Notes: generated by a model from the letters alone, not told the origin. DNA of 64,000 nt from an uncultured Gemmatimonadales bacterium (GCA_963823035.1 CAWGKG010000014.1:32001-96000), one strand, 5' to 3'. Shown: positions 32,931-44,090, numbered from the stretch's first letter. Numbers and translations are program-made.

Positions 32931-34089
32931 TCAAGCGCAGCGTTCGTCGAGCTGGACCGCGAGTTGGTCGAGAAGGAGCCATCCTTCAGGCGGTGAGCCG
33001 CACGGTTCCGCCCTCGAGGCTCGCCCACCCCGAGCGCGTCCACGTCTCCGCCAGTTCGGCAGCGGCGGTCCCAAGGTCGGCCAGCGCCAGGCCTTCCGCC
33101 ATGCGCAGCCCCAGCCAGATGCGCTCCAGGCGGAGCGCCGCGGCGTCGAGGGCCTCCCGCCCCTCCTCGGGGCTGCTGCCCGTCCGCGCCCTCTGGGCGT
33201 ATTCCTCCCAGCCACGGAGGTTCCAGCGGCGGACCGGCGGCGCGTAGCTGTGCGCTCCGTTGCCGAGACCGAGGTACGCCGCACCGCTCCAGTACGCCCG
33301 GTTGTGCCTCGACGCGGCCCCGGGGCGCCCGAAGTTGGAGACCTCGTAGTGCTCGTATCCCGCTCCGGCCAACGTCTCCGCGGCCAGGAGGTACTCCTCC
33401 CGGTAGCGTTCCTCGTCGACCGCCGGCTCGCGCCCTTCGCGCACGGCCCGGCCGAGAGGCGTGCCCGCCTCCACCGTGAGCCCATACAGGCTCACGTGCG
33501 GCACGTCCAGCGCCAGCGCGCGCTCGAGATCCTCCTTCCAGTCCCGCCCGAGGTGGCCGGGAAGCCCGAAGATCAGATCCACGGAGAGGTTGTCGATGCC
33601 CGCCGAGCGAGCCGCGTGGACCGCGGCGAGGGCACCCTCGGGGCCGTGCATACGCCCCATCCAACGAAGCGCGGGCTCGTGGAACGTCTGCACGCCCAGG
33701 CTGAGACGGTTCACGCCGGCGGCACGCCAGCCGCGCGCGACCTCGGGGGTCAGGCTTTCCGGATTGGCCTCCGAGGTCCACTCGAGCTCGGGGCCGCGCA
33801 GGCGGTCCGTCCCGATCACCTCGGCAAGGCCGGACATCGCGCTCGGGCCGAGGAGCGAAGGCGTGCCGCCCCCCACGTAGAGCGTGTCGAGGCTCGCCTC
33901 CGGCACCAGAAGCCCCTCGGCGTCGACGACGGCCAGCTCGCCCCCGAGGGCCTCGAGCCATCCTTCGGTGTCCCCCGTGCGCCGGACCTGGACCGCGAAG
34001 TCGCAGTAGAAGCACCGCCGCACGCAGAAGGGTGCGTGTACGTAGACCGAGGCCGCCGGCGTCGCGCCGTGGGGGGCGTCAACCGGCAC
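32931..34089 (-). CDS. hemW: Radical SAM heme chaperone HemW (frameshift ~32992)
   Basis: YVHAPFCVRRCFYCDF, GGGTPS, RLSLGVQ, YEVSNF and HNRAYW motifs; hemW-hrcA synteny. Confidence 0.93.
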
Positions 34090-35197
34090 GACGAAAGCGC
34101 ATCCCCGGCTCGCGGGCCACCCGGCCGCGGAGCTCCATCTCCGCCAGGAGCGCGAGTACCTTTCCCGCTTCGAGCCCCATCCAGCGGGCCACTTCGTCGG
34201 CGGTTCGGGTGCCCTCCGCGAGGAACTCGAGCAGGCGCACCTCCTCCACCGACAGGGACGTGGGCACCCGTGCCTCGCCCGGCTCCACGCCCAGCGCCAT
34301 GCGCACGAAGCCGTTCACCGTCACGAGCGGGCGCGCTCCGTCCGCCAGGAGAGCGTTGCTGCCTTCGCAGAAGGCCTCGCCGAAGGGACCGGGCACCGCC
34401 CAGACGTCGAGCCCCAGGTCCAGCGCGTGCTCCACCGTGATGAGCGCTCCGCTGCGCGCACGTGCCTCCGCAACGACCACCGTGTGGCACAGCGCTGCGA
34501 GGATGCGATTGCGGCGGGGGAAGTGGTACGGGAGCGCGGGCGTCCCCGGGAGGAACTCGCTCACGACCAGGCCGCCCGCGAGGATCCTCCGGAAGAGCCG
34601 CGCATGGCGTCGCGGATAGGGCACGTCCGGCCCGGACCCCAGCACCGCGACGGTGGGACCGCCCGCGTCGAGCGCGCCCTCGTGGGCGGCTCCGTCCACG
34701 CCGAGCGCCATCCCGCTCACGACGGGAACGTCGACGCGCGCGACCGCGGCAGCGATTCGGCGCGCCGCCCCACGGGCGCGTTCGGTGGATCGGCGCGCGC
34801 CCACCACGCCCACACCCGGCGTCCCGAGCAGCTCGATGCGCCCGCGCAGGAACAGGACCGGCGGCGGATCGACGAGGTGAAGCAGCCGCTCCGGATAGCC
34901 CTCTTCCCCGAGCACCCGCGTCTCGATGCCCAGGCGGTCCGCGACGCCGAGCGAGCCACGGATCCCTTCGAGGCGCTGCGGGTCGGCCGCCGCCGCCGCG
35001 GCCTCCTCGCCGGCGAAGCCCCGAAGCAGCGAGGGCATCGCCAGGGCGCGGGCTGCCGAGCCCGCCCATTCGACCAGGGCGCGAACCGTGGCCGGCCCGA
35101 CGCGCGGGAGGCCGTCCAGGACCAGCAAGGCCTCGACCTCACGGCGTCGGGCGTCCCTCCTGGTCCGGCCCGCACCGCCGTTCAAGGGGTCCACCAC
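34079..35197 (-). CDS. dprA: DNA-processing protein DprA
   Basis: YPERL..LVDPPPVLF, VVSGMALGVDGAAH, FPRRNRI and SGALIT motifs; C-terminal wHTH. Confidence 0.94.
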   Translation of the reverse strand: MVDPLNGGAGRTRRDARRREVEALLVLDGLPRVGPATVRALVEWAGSAARALAMPSLLRGFAGEEAAAAAADPQRLEGIRGSLGVADRLGIETRVLGEEGYPERLLHLVDPPPVLFLRGRIELLGTPGVGVVGARRSTERARGAARRIAAAVARVDVPVVSGMALGVDGAAHEGALDAGGPTVAVLGSGPDVPYPRRHARLFRRILAGGLVVSEFLPGTPALPYHFPRRNRILAALCHTVVVAEARARSGALITVEHALDLGLDVWAVPGPFGEAFCEGSNALLADGARPLVTVNGFVRMALGVEPGEARVPTSLSVEEVRLLEFLAEGTRTADEVARWMGLEAGKVLALLAEMELRGRVAREPGMRFRRAG

Positions 35198-36207
35198 TCC
35201 TCTTCGTCGTCGCCCTTCTCGGCCCGCTCGACCGCGCGGCTACGCTCCCACAGCGCGTCGAGCAGCTCGGGAAGGCCCTGGCGGGCCACCGCCGAGATGG
35301 CGAAGACGCCGAAGGAGCCCGGTGCCGTCACGCTCGGGCGGGGGTCGTCGGGGCCGAGGAGGTCGGTCTTGGTCAGCACGACGCAGTGCGGCGTACGCGC
35401 GAGGGCGGCCGAGTAGGCGCTCAGCTCGGCGCGCAGCGCCTCGTACTCCGCCTGCGGATCCTCGGCGTCCACCGGAACAAGGAGCGCCAGCGTGCGCGTG
35501 CGCTCGATGTGGCGGAGGAACTGGTGGCCGAGGCCACGCCCCTCGTGGGCGCCTTCGATGATGCCCGGCACGTCGGCGAGCACGAAGGTGCGGTATCCAG
35601 AGAGCTGCACCACGCCGAGGTTCGGCGCGATCGTCGTGAAGGGGTAGTCGGCCACCTTCGGGCGCGCGGAAGTCACCGTCGCGAGCAGGGTCGACTTTCC
35701 GGCGTTCGGCTCGCCAACGAGTCCGACGTCCGCAATCAGCTTCAGCTCGAGCTGGACGCGCCGCTCCTCCCCCTCGCCCCCCGGCTCCCACCGGTGCGGC
35801 GCCTGGTTCGTAGACGTGGTGAAGCGTGCGTTGCCGCGTCCCCCGCGGCCGCCGTGGGCGACCACGAGCCGCTCGCCCTCGGCCAGCAGCTCGCCCAGCA
35901 CCTCCTCCGAATCCGCGTCCGACACGACGGTGCCGGGTGGCACCTTGAGGACGAGATCGTCCCCCGAGCGCCCGGTGCGGTTGCTCCCCTCGCCGTGCTG
36001 CCCGCGCGGGGCGTGGTAGTGCTTCTGGTAGCTGTAGTCGAGCAGGGTGGAGAGTTGCGCGTCGACCTCGAGGATCACGTCGCCGCCCTTGCCGCCGTCC
36101 CCACCGGAGGGCCCGCCGCGGGGCACCATGGCCTCCCGGCGCATCGCGTCGGCGCCGGATCCACCGACGCCGCCGCGCACTTCGATGACCGCACGATCGA
36201 CGAACAT
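35182..36207 (-). CDS. obgE: GTPase ObgE
   Basis: MFVDRA, GGPSGGDGGKGG, GLVGEPNAGKSTL, YPFTT, DVPGII and FLRHIER motifs. Confidence 0.97.
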   Translation of the reverse strand: MFVDRAVIEVRGGVGGSGADAMRREAMVPRGGPSGGDGGKGGDVILEVDAQLSTLLDYSYQKHYHAPRGQHGEGSNRTGRSGDDLVLKVPPGTVVSDADSEEVLGELLAEGERLVVAHGGRGGRGNARFTTSTNQAPHRWEPGGEGEERRVQLELKLIADVGLVGEPNAGKSTLLATVTSARPKVADYPFTTIAPNLGVVQLSGYRTFVLADVPGIIEGAHEGRGLGHQFLRHIERTRTLALLVPVDAEDPQAEYEALRAELSAYSAALARTPHCVVLTKTDLLGPDDPRPSVTAPGSFGVFAISAVARQGLPELLDALWERSRAVERAEKGDDEEEWWTP

Positions 36208-36821
36208 CAAGCATCCCCCCCGGTTCGCTGCCGCACCTCGTTCCACGTCTCCCCGGCCCGGTCGCGGGCATCCGCTCCGCTCACCTCGCCGGCCATCTCC
36301 AGCGCGCGCGCCACCTGGGACTCCGCGGCGCCCGCGTTCAGCGCTCCACGCAGATGCGAGTAGAGCTGGCGGGGCACGTCCTGCACGGCCAGCAGCGCGG
36401 CGATGCACAGCTCGCGCGTCGCCAGATCGAGGCCCGGTCGCCCCAGCACCCTCCCGTATCCATCCTCCACCATCCATCGCTCCATGTCGGGGTGCAGCCG
36501 CCGTACGTTGGCGCGCAACCCCTCGTACTGCCCTCCGTAGACGACGCGGCACACCGCCTCTCCGCGCTCGCTCCAGGCCTCCCGATCGTCGGAGGCCGCA
36601 CCGCCCCGGCGTCCCGAAAGCTCGCGCCAGCGTGCGAAGCCGTTCAGCGCCGCCGGGTAGCCCAGGAAGAGATGGCTCTGCAGCAACACCTCCTCCACGG
36701 CGACCGGATCCGCGTCGCGAGCCGCCGAAAGCAGGGCGTCGTCGATCCGTTTCGCCTCGCCGCCGGCGAGCGCCGCGCTCAGCGCCACCAGCGCCTCCCT
36801 TCCCGCATCCAGCACCCTCAT
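36207..36821 (-). CDS. Carboxymuconolactone decarboxylase/AhpD-like family protein
   Basis: EVLLQSHLFLGYPAALNG, YGRVLGRPGLD..TRELC and HLRGALNAGA motifs. Confidence 0.8.
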   Translation of the reverse strand: MRVLDAGREALVALSAALAGGEAKRIDDALLSAARDADPVAVEEVLLQSHLFLGYPAALNGFARWRELSGRRGGAASDDREAWSERGEAVCRVVYGGQYEGLRANVRRLHPDMERWMVEDGYGRVLGRPGLDLATRELCIAALLAVQDVPRQLYSHLRGALNAGAAESQVARALEMAGEVSGADARDRAGETWNEVRQRTGGDA

Positions 36822-37819
36822 GTCCACGACAGGTCGAACGCCGGCTGGATCCGGCCGACCACCTCGAGTCGCGTGTTCCGCACGTCGGGACGCCCCCACG
36901 CGGAGAGCCCCTCCACGGTCGCGTCGTCGAGCACGTCCAGCAGGTGGAGCACCCGGATCAGCGCCACCTCGGCGGCGCGCCGCGCCCCGTCCACCACCTT
37001 GATGGCGATGCCGAGCCCACGCTCCGGCACGCCCGCACCGTATACGCCTTCGGCGCCCACCTTCACGAAGGCGCGCCCAGCCGCCCGCTCCATGATCGCC
37101 GTGCACGCGCGCCCGGTGCCTCCGACCATGAAGGGATGCTCCGTCATCGCGGCCACGATCCGGGCGGGCGCTTCCCCGCGCTCGGCCGCCGCCGCGAAGC
37201 GCGCGAACGACGCGGCCATGGCGTCGAGCGGCACGGAGAAGCACAGCACGCCGCACCCGTCCACCGCCGTCCCCACGCCGGCCTCGTCCACACCGGACCA
37301 GCGCGCGACCTCCCGGAGCATCCTCCCCTGCACGGGATGTCCCGCGCCATGGTATCCGGCGGGCGCCCACCCGTGGGCCACGGCGAGCGCGAGCATCCCG
37401 GCGTGCTTTCCCGAGCAGTTGTTGTGGATCCTGAGGGCCCGCCCGCCACCGCGCAGCACGTCGTGCGCCTCCTTCTCCGAGAAGGGGAGGTGCGGCCCGC
37501 ACGCCAGGGCCTCCTCGTCCAGTCCCGCCTTCGCCAGGATCGAGCGCGCACCCGCGACGTGCGCCGGCTCCCCCTCGTGCGAAGCGCAGCAGAGGGCCAG
37601 CTCGGACGCGCTCAGGCCGAAGCGCTCGACCACTCCGTCTTCCACCAGGGGGAGGGCCTGAAAGGGCTTCGCCGCAGAGCGATAGAACGTGTTCGCGTCG
37701 ACGTCACCCACGGACGCCACGATGCGCCCGTCCGCGTCCGACACCACCGCGTGCACGGCGTGGCGGGCCTCGACGAAGCCGCCGCGCAGGACCTCGATCC
37801 CACCCGACGAAAGGGACAT
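36818..37819 (-). CDS. L-asparaginase II family protein
   Basis: RSAAKPFQ, CASHEGE, HNNCSGKHAG, DGCG and KVGAEG motifs. Confidence 0.9.
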   Translation of the reverse strand: MSLSSGGIEVLRGGFVEARHAVHAVVSDADGRIVASVGDVDANTFYRSAAKPFQALPLVEDGVVERFGLSASELALCCASHEGEPAHVAGARSILAKAGLDEEALACGPHLPFSEKEAHDVLRGGGRALRIHNNCSGKHAGMLALAVAHGWAPAGYHGAGHPVQGRMLREVARWSGVDEAGVGTAVDGCGVLCFSVPLDAMAASFARFAAAAERGEAPARIVAAMTEHPFMVGGTGRACTAIMERAAGRAFVKVGAEGVYGAGVPERGLGIAIKVVDGARRAAEVALIRVLHLLDVLDDATVEGLSAWGRPDVRNTRLEVVGRIQPAFDLSWT

Positions 37820-37880
37820 CAGGCCGCGGGCCGCGGGAATGTCCGAAGCGGACGCCGAAGCGCCCGACCGCAGGGCGTCC

Positions 37881-39496
37881 TCAGGAACCTTCCGCGGCGG
37901 CGGCGTGCTGGATCAGCTCCGCCTGGGAGCTCGCGTGCTGCAGCAGGTCCACGGCCTCCGCGAGGGGCTTGTCGAAGCGGCGCTCCTGGAGGAACTGGCC
38001 CTCCGCGCCCCACGCCTGCATCGCGATCTCACGCTCGAGCTGGTACGCGATGAAGCGGCGCGCGGCCCGGAAGTCGGCCCGATCGACGGTGACGTCCGAC
38101 GCGGGGAGCCTCCCGTAGAACGCCTCGAGGTCCGCGTCGTCGAGCTGGAAGCCCGGCTCGAGATCCGGATGGTCCTGGACGTAGCGCACGGCGTAGTTGA
38201 AGACCGCCACGCTCATGGCGCCGTTCTGGCGGTAGAGCGCGCGCACGGCCTGCTCCTCCTCGGCGGTGAGCACGTCCGGCACCACGAACACGTCCGGCGC
38301 GATGCCTCCTCCGCCGTAGAGCGTTCGGCCGGCCACCGACGGGTAGGTCGGCCGACCCTCGAGGTCCGCGACCGGACACGAACTGGCCGGTGAGCGCGAG
38401 GGAGCCGTGCCCGTCCTGGGCGGGGCGAGCCGTCGTGATCCTTGTTGATCGAGCGGCCGACGGGCGTGTACCACCGCGCCGTGGTCAGGCGGAGCACGTT
38501 GCCGCCCGACAGGCGGTAGAGGCTCTGCACGAGCCCCTTTCCGAACGTGCTGGAGCCGACGAGGATGGCGCGGTCGTTGTCCTGGAGCGCGCCGGCCACG
38601 ATCTCCGACGCGGAGGCGCTGCCGCCGTCCACGAGCACGACCATCGGCATGCCGGCGTAGCGGTCGTCCTGACGGGCCTTGTACACGGCGTTCTGGTCGG
38701 ACGCGCGGCCGCGGGTCTCGACGATCGAGCGTCCCTTGTCGAGGAAGAGGTCGGAGACGGCGATGCCCTGGTCGAGCAGCCCGCCCGGGTTGCCACGCAG
38801 GTCCACGATGAGGCCCTTCATCCCTGCGTCCTTGAGGGAATCGAGCGCCGCGCGCATCTCGTCGGCGGAGGTGCCGAGCACGCTCTGGAACGGCACGTAG
38901 CCGATCCCCCGTTCGACCATGAGCGCGAACGGCACGGCCTTGAGCTGGATGACCTCGCGGGTCAGCGTGAAGGGTATCGGGTCGTCGAGGCCGGGGCGCC
39001 GCATCTTCACGTCGACGGCCGTTCCCGGCTTGCCGCGCAGCAGCGCCACGGCCTGGTCCACGTTCATCGTGTCGGCCGCGGTGCCCGCGATCTCCCAGAA
39101 CTGGTCCCCGCCGCGGATGCCGGCGCGCGCGCCCGGCGTTCCGGGGATCGGGCTGACGACCGTGACCAGGCCGTCGCGCTCGATGACCTCGAGGCCGACG
39201 CCGCCGTAGTCCCCTTCGATCCCCTGGATCCGCAGGTTCTCGAAGTCCGAAGCCTCCATGAAGGAGGAGTACGGGTCGTGCAGATCGTCGATGAGGCCGT
39301 CGATCGCCGAGTGGTAGAGGGCGCCCTGGTCGACCTCGTCCACATAGCTGGACTCCACGCGGTCGACCACCTCCTGAAGGAGGTGGACCTTCATGTACAC
39401 GTTCTCGGTGCGGTCCACACCCCGCTGGAGGAGCCAGCCCCCCGTCAGGACGGCCGCGGCCACCACCGCCAGCGGCGCCACTACGCCTCTGCGCAT
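37881..39496 (-). CDS. S41 family C-terminal processing peptidase (PDZ + S41; frameshift ~38420)
   Basis: DLRGNPGGLL, SASASEIVAGALQD, TFGKGLVQ, LTTARWYTP and GGGIAPD motifs. Confidence 0.93.
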
Positions 39497-39551
39497 TCTG
39501 CCCTTCTCCAGACGATTTCCACCCTCGGGAGCATCGGTCCCCGAAGCGAAG

Positions 39552-40209
39552 TTAAACCCCCGAGGGCGCGAAGGTTTCCGGAAGATCGCGCTGCAGCACC
39601 CGGCGGATGCGCGCGTGCACCTCGTCCGGCGCCCCGACGCCGTCGATCACCCGCACGCCTCGGATCCGAAGCCGCGAGCTCCAGATAGCCCTCCCGCACC
39701 CGGCCCAGGAAGCCTCCTCCCTCGCGCTCGATCCGGTCGGGCGCCTTCCCCTCGTCCCGCTGCCGGGCCGCGCCGACGGCGACCGGCAGGTCGATGTAGA
39801 GGTAGAGGTCGGGCACCAGCCCACCGGTGGCCAGGGAGATCGCCGCGCGCACGTCCGCGAGCCTCAGCCGCCGGCCATAGCCCTGGTAGGCCAGGGTCGA
39901 GAGATCGAAGCGGTCCGCGACGACGGTGCGGCCCGCCTCGAGCGCCGGGCGCACGATGTCCCGTACGAACGCCGCCCGTGACGCCAGGTAGAGGAAGAGC
40001 TCGCTCTCGGCGGGCATCTCGAGATCCGTCCGCGCCAGAACGACGGAGCGGACCGCCTCGCCCACCGCCGTCCCCCCCGGCTCACGCGTCACGAGGTGGG
40101 GCACGCCCAGCTCGTCGAGCCAGGCGCCGAGGAGGGCGGCCTGGGTGCTCTTTCCCGCACCCTCGCCGCCCTCCAGCACGATGAAGCGCCCCCGGGCCTT
40201 CTCAGCCAT
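39552..40209 (-). CDS. tmk: Thymidylate kinase (frameshift ~39660)
   Basis: EGGEGAGKSTQ, TREPGGT and DRFDLSTLAYQGYGR motifs; tail RVIDG..in another frame to TAA 39552. Confidence 0.94.
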
Positions 40210-40222
40210 GGCTTGGAAGGCG

Positions 40223-41539
40223 CTATTCGTAGTACTCGACGCCCAGGTGGGTGAGCTGCTCCTCGCCCATCAGCCAGCGCAGCGTGTTCTTCAGCTTCCA
40301 GTGCTGGATGAAGATGTCGTGCTCCGGATAGAGACCCGGCGCCGTCTGCGGGCTCTTGAAGTAGAACGACAGCCACTCCTGGATGCCCTTCAGGCCGGCG
40401 CGCGACGCCAGATCCATGAACAGCGCCAGGTCGAGCACGATCGGCGCGGCCAGGATGGAGTCGCGGCAGAGGAAGTCGACCTTGATCTGCATCGGGTAAC
40501 CCATCCACCCGAAGATGTCGATGTTGTCCCACCCCTCCTTGTTGTCCCCACGAGGCGGGTAGTAGTTGATCCGCACCTTGTGGTACATGTCGCCGTAGAG
40601 GTCGGGGTACATCTTCGGCTGCAGGATGTGCTCGAGCACGCCGAGCTTCGAGACCTCCTTCGTCTTGAACGACTCGGGGTCGTCCAGCACCTCGCCGTCG
40701 CGGTTGCCCAGGATGTTCGTGCTGAACCACCCGCTCAGGCCGAGCATGCGGGTCTTGAAGCCGGGCGCGAGGATGGTCTTCATGAGGGTCTGGCCCGTCT
40801 TGAAGTCCTTCCCGCAGATCGGCACGCCCCGCTCGGTGGCGAGGTTCTCCAGGGCGGCGAAGTCGGCCGACAGGTTGGGGGCGCCGTTGGCGTAGGGGAT
40901 CCCCTCCATGATCGCGGCGTAGGCGTAGAGCTGGCTCGGAGCGATCCCGGGATCGTTGCTCTCCATGGCCTTCTCGAAGGCCTCGAGGTTCTCGTGCACG
41001 GCACCCGCGCGCACGTAGATCTCGGTGGAGCCGCACCAGACCATGACCAGACGGTCGCAGCCGTTCTCGTCCTTGAAACGCCGGATGTCCTCGCGGATCT
41101 GCTCGGCGAGCTCCCTCTTGGTCGCGCCCTTCTTCTTGTTCGGACCGTCGAGCTTCTTCACGTACATCGTGTCGAAGGCGGCCGGCATCGGCTTGATGGC
41201 CGACAGGAAGTCCTTGATGGGGTCGAGGTGCTGCTCCTTGTGCAGCACGCCGGCGTTGAGCGCGCTCTTGTATCCGTCGTCGGGGATCGGATCCCACGAG
41301 CCGAAGACGAGGTCTTCGAGCCCGGCCAGAGGCACGAACTCCTTGATGAACGGCGTCCGTCCCTCGGTTCGCTTGCCGAGGCGGATCGTCGAGAGCTGCG
41401 TCAGGCTGCCGATCGGCTTGGCCAGGCCGCGTCGCACGGCCTCCACGCCGGCGACGAAGGTGGTGGCTACGGCGCCGAATCCCGGGAGGAGGACACCCAG
41501 CTTGCCGGAGGCCGGTCGGATCTCGGATGGTTGCTTCAC
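40223..41539 (-). CDS. ino1: myo-inositol-1(3)-phosphate synthase
   Basis: GKDFKTGQT, NILGNRDG, YYPPRGDNKEGWD, CRDSILAAP and SFYFKSP motifs. Confidence 0.93.
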   Translation of the reverse strand: MKQPSEIRPASGKLGVLLPGFGAVATTFVAGVEAVRRGLAKPIGSLTQLSTIRLGKRTEGRTPFIKEFVPLAGLEDLVFGSWDPIPDDGYKSALNAGVLHKEQHLDPIKDFLSAIKPMPAAFDTMYVKKLDGPNKKKGATKRELAEQIREDIRRFKDENGCDRLVMVWCGSTEIYVRAGAVHENLEAFEKAMESNDPGIAPSQLYAYAAIMEGIPYANGAPNLSADFAALENLATERGVPICGKDFKTGQTLMKTILAPGFKTRMLGLSGWFSTNILGNRDGEVLDDPESFKTKEVSKLGVLEHILQPKMYPDLYGDMYHKVRINYYPPRGDNKEGWDNIDIFGWMGYPMQIKVDFLCRDSILAAPIVLDLALFMDLASRAGLKGIQEWLSFYFKSPQTAPGLYPEHDIFIQHWKLKNTLRWLMGEEQLTHLGVEYYE

Positions 41540-41599
41540 GAATCTCCCTCGTGAGTCTGGTTCATGTGGATTGGGGGCTCGTTCGGCCCCGCACGCACT

Positions 41600-41959
41600 T
41601 CAGGACGAGAGGATGATCCGGCTCTGGGCGCCTTCCTGGAGCCCCCGGGCCATCGTCTCGTTCACCTTGTACATCACCTTGTCGAAGTTCGACTGGGCCG
41701 CGACGAGACGTTGGAACACCGGCTTCTCCTGTAGCTCCCCGGCGGTCTCCTCGTAGGCTTTCGCCACGTCCTCCTCGGGCTGTTGCCCGGCCCGCAGCGA
41801 CGCCTCGATGCGCTCCTCGATGGCCCTCAGCTGATTGCGCAGCTCCACGAGCTCGCGGTCCTCGTCCACGGCCGCGCTCGCTCGCTTGAGCGCCTGGTAT
41901 TCGTCGGTCCGGGCCAACGCGCCGCCCAACTCCTTCGCCATGTCGTAGATGCCTGCCAT
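41600..41959 (-). CDS. YlbF/YmcA (Com_YlbF) family regulator
   Basis: IYDMAKELGGALARTDEY N-terminus; all-helical 119 aa; family pattern recognised from memory. Confidence 0.8.
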   Translation of the reverse strand: MAGIYDMAKELGGALARTDEYQALKRASAAVDEDRELVELRNQLRAIEERIEASLRAGQQPEEDVAKAYEETAGELQEKPVFQRLVAAQSNFDKVMYKVNETMARGLQEGAQSRIILSS

Positions 41960-41982
41960 TCGGTCGATCCCTCCCCTTCGCG

Positions 41983-42918
41983 TCAGCGTTCCAACTCGGT
42001 CTTCGTTCCCGTTCGCCGGGCCATCACGACGCGCTGGCGTCCCGCCAGGTCACGTCGCACCCGGACGTCGTCGTACCCACCCACCGCCTCCACCGCCGCC
42101 ACCACCTGGCCGGCCTGGCTGGCGCCCACCTCGAGCGCCAACAGCCCACCCGCGCGCAGGAACGGGCCCGCGCCGGCCACGATCGACCGCAGAACCGCCA
42201 GTCCATCCGGACCGCCGAAGAGCGCGCCCGACGGCTCCCAGACCCCGACCTCGGGCTCGAGCCCGGCCGCCTCCGCCTCGGCGACGTACGGCGGATTCGA
42301 GACCACCACGTCGAAGCGCTCGCCCTCGGCGAGCGGCTCGAACAGCGAGCCGTGCCTCAGGTCGATGCGCTCCGCCAGCCCCGCCCCGCGGGCGTTGAGC
42401 GCCGCCACCGCGAGCGCCTCCTCGGAGGCGTCCGTGGCGACGACCCGCGCGAACGGGCCCTCCCGGACCAGCGAGAGCGCGATCGCCCCCGAGCCCGTTC
42501 CCAGATCGACGGCGGTGAGGTCGGCCGGGGCCCGGCCCGCGGCCCACGCCAGCACCTCGTCCACCAGGATCTCGGTCTCGGGGCGCGGCACGAGCACCCG
42601 GGGATCCACCGCCAGCTCCAGCTCCCGGAAGGCGGCCCGTCCGAGAATGTACTGGAGAGGCTCCCGTTCCGCCCGCCGCCGGAGAAGTGGACGGAATCGA
42701 TCCAGCTCCTCGGCCTCGAGCGGGCGGTCGAACTGGAGGTAGAGCTGCAGCCTCGGGATCCCCAACGCGTGGGACAGGAGATGCTCGGCGTCGAGCCGGC
42801 CGCGCTCGACGCCCTTCCCCTCCAGGTACTCGCCGCTCCAGCGCATGAGGCGCAGCACCGTCCAGACCTCGCCGTCGCGTCCACGACCGACCTCGGGAGA
42901 CTGCACGGCCGTGTTCAC
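41983..42918 (-). CDS. prmC: Release factor glutamine methyltransferase
   Basis: [28 protein letters not shown] and SNPPY motifs; follows prfA. Confidence 0.96.
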   Translation of the reverse strand: MNTAVQSPEVGRGRDGEVWTVLRLMRWSGEYLEGKGVERGRLDAEHLLSHALGIPRLQLYLQFDRPLEAEELDRFRPLLRRRAEREPLQYILGRAAFRELELAVDPRVLVPRPETEILVDEVLAWAAGRAPADLTAVDLGTGSGAIALSLVREGPFARVVATDASEEALAVAALNARGAGLAERIDLRHGSLFEPLAEGERFDVVVSNPPYVAEAEAAGLEPEVGVWEPSGALFGGPDGLAVLRSIVAGAGPFLRAGGLLALEVGASQAGQVVAAVEAVGGYDDVRVRRDLAGRQRVVMARRTGTKTELER

Positions 42919-44012
42919 CCGGTCGAGGTCTCCAGCCGCTCCTCCTCCTTGGCGAGGCGCAAGGCCGTGACCAGGTCGTCCAGGTCGCCCTCGAGGACCT
43001 CGCCGAGGGAGTAGAGCGTCAGGCCGATGCGATGGTCCGTCACGCGGTTCTGCGGGAAGTTGTAGGTGCGGATCTTCGCGGAGCGATCGCCCGTGCCCAC
43101 CTGCGTCTTCCGCTCGCGCGCCCGCGCCGCCTCCTGCTCCGCGATCATCCGATCGAGCAGCCGGCTGCGCAGCACCTTGAGCGCTTTCGCCTTGTTCTTG
43201 TGCTGGGACTTCTCGTCCTGACACGACACCACCAGACCCGAGGGAATGTGCGTGATGCGCACCGCCGAGTCGGTCGTGTTCACGGACTGGCCGCCGGGGC
43301 CCGAGGAGCGGAAGACGTCGATGCGCAGGTCGGAGGGATCGATCTCGAGATCGACCTCCTCCGCCTCCGGAAGCACGGCGACCGTGGCCGCCGACGTGTG
43401 GATGCGCCCCTGGCTCTCCGTTTCCGGGACACGCTGCACGCGGTGCACTCCGGACTCGTAGCGCAGCCGTCCGTAGACGCCTCGGCCGCGGACCAGGAAG
43501 ATCGCCTCCTTGATCGAGCCGGGGATCCCCTCGGAGAGGCTCAGCAGCTCCGTGGACCACCCCTGGCGCTCGGCCAGGTGCTCGTACATCCGCATCAGGT
43601 CGGCCGCGAACAACCCGGCCTCGTCCCCTCCCGTGCCGGCGCGCACCTCGACCACCGCCGCCCGGTCCTCGAGCGGATCGTGGGGGATGAGGAGCTCCCG
43701 TGCCCGCGCGGAGAGCGTCTCGATGCGCTCCCCGAGGCCGGTGACCTCCTCCTCCGCCATGGTGCGCATCTCGTCGTCGTCCGTCTCGTCGACGAGCTGG
43801 GTGGCGCCGCGGTGCTCGGAAAGCGCGGCGCGCAGCTCGTGGGCGACGGTGACGATGGGCTCGAGGCGGGCGCGCTCCTGGCCCAGCTCACGGAGCTGTT
43901 CGGGGTGTTCGAAGACCTCCGAGCTGGCGAGCGCCTCGTCGACCTCCACGAAGCGGACCTCCGCCTCGCGCAGACGCTGGTCGAGCCTGGGATCCAGTTC
44001 GGGGGTCTTCAT
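42915..44012 (-). CDS. prfA: Peptide chain release factor 1
   Basis: [21 protein letters not shown] (PxT), GPGGQSVN and [16 protein letters not shown] motifs. Confidence 0.97.
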   Translation of the reverse strand: MKTPELDPRLDQRLREAEVRFVEVDEALASSEVFEHPEQLRELGQERARLEPIVTVAHELRAALSEHRGATQLVDETDDDEMRTMAEEEVTGLGERIETLSARARELLIPHDPLEDRAAVVEVRAGTGGDEAGLFAADLMRMYEHLAERQGWSTELLSLSEGIPGSIKEAIFLVRGRGVYGRLRYESGVHRVQRVPETESQGRIHTSAATVAVLPEAEEVDLEIDPSDLRIDVFRSSGPGGQSVNTTDSAVRITHIPSGLVVSCQDEKSQHKNKAKALKVLRSRLLDRMIAEQEAARARERKTQVGTGDRSAKIRTYNFPQNRVTDHRIGLTLYSLGEVLEGDLDDLVTALRLAKEEERLETSTG

Positions 44013-44090
44013 CGGAGGGCCACGGCCGGGGCGGCCGGGGGGCGCTCGGGGACGTGTGCGGGCGGCCGGGCCGAAGCCCGGCCGCGCGCG

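Noticed and set aside
41535..41555. TCACGA/TCGTGA inverted repeat at the ino1 start as a Rex site
   Set aside because: The half-sites are in the wrong order and spacing for a Rex operator; at most a short hairpin around the RBS.
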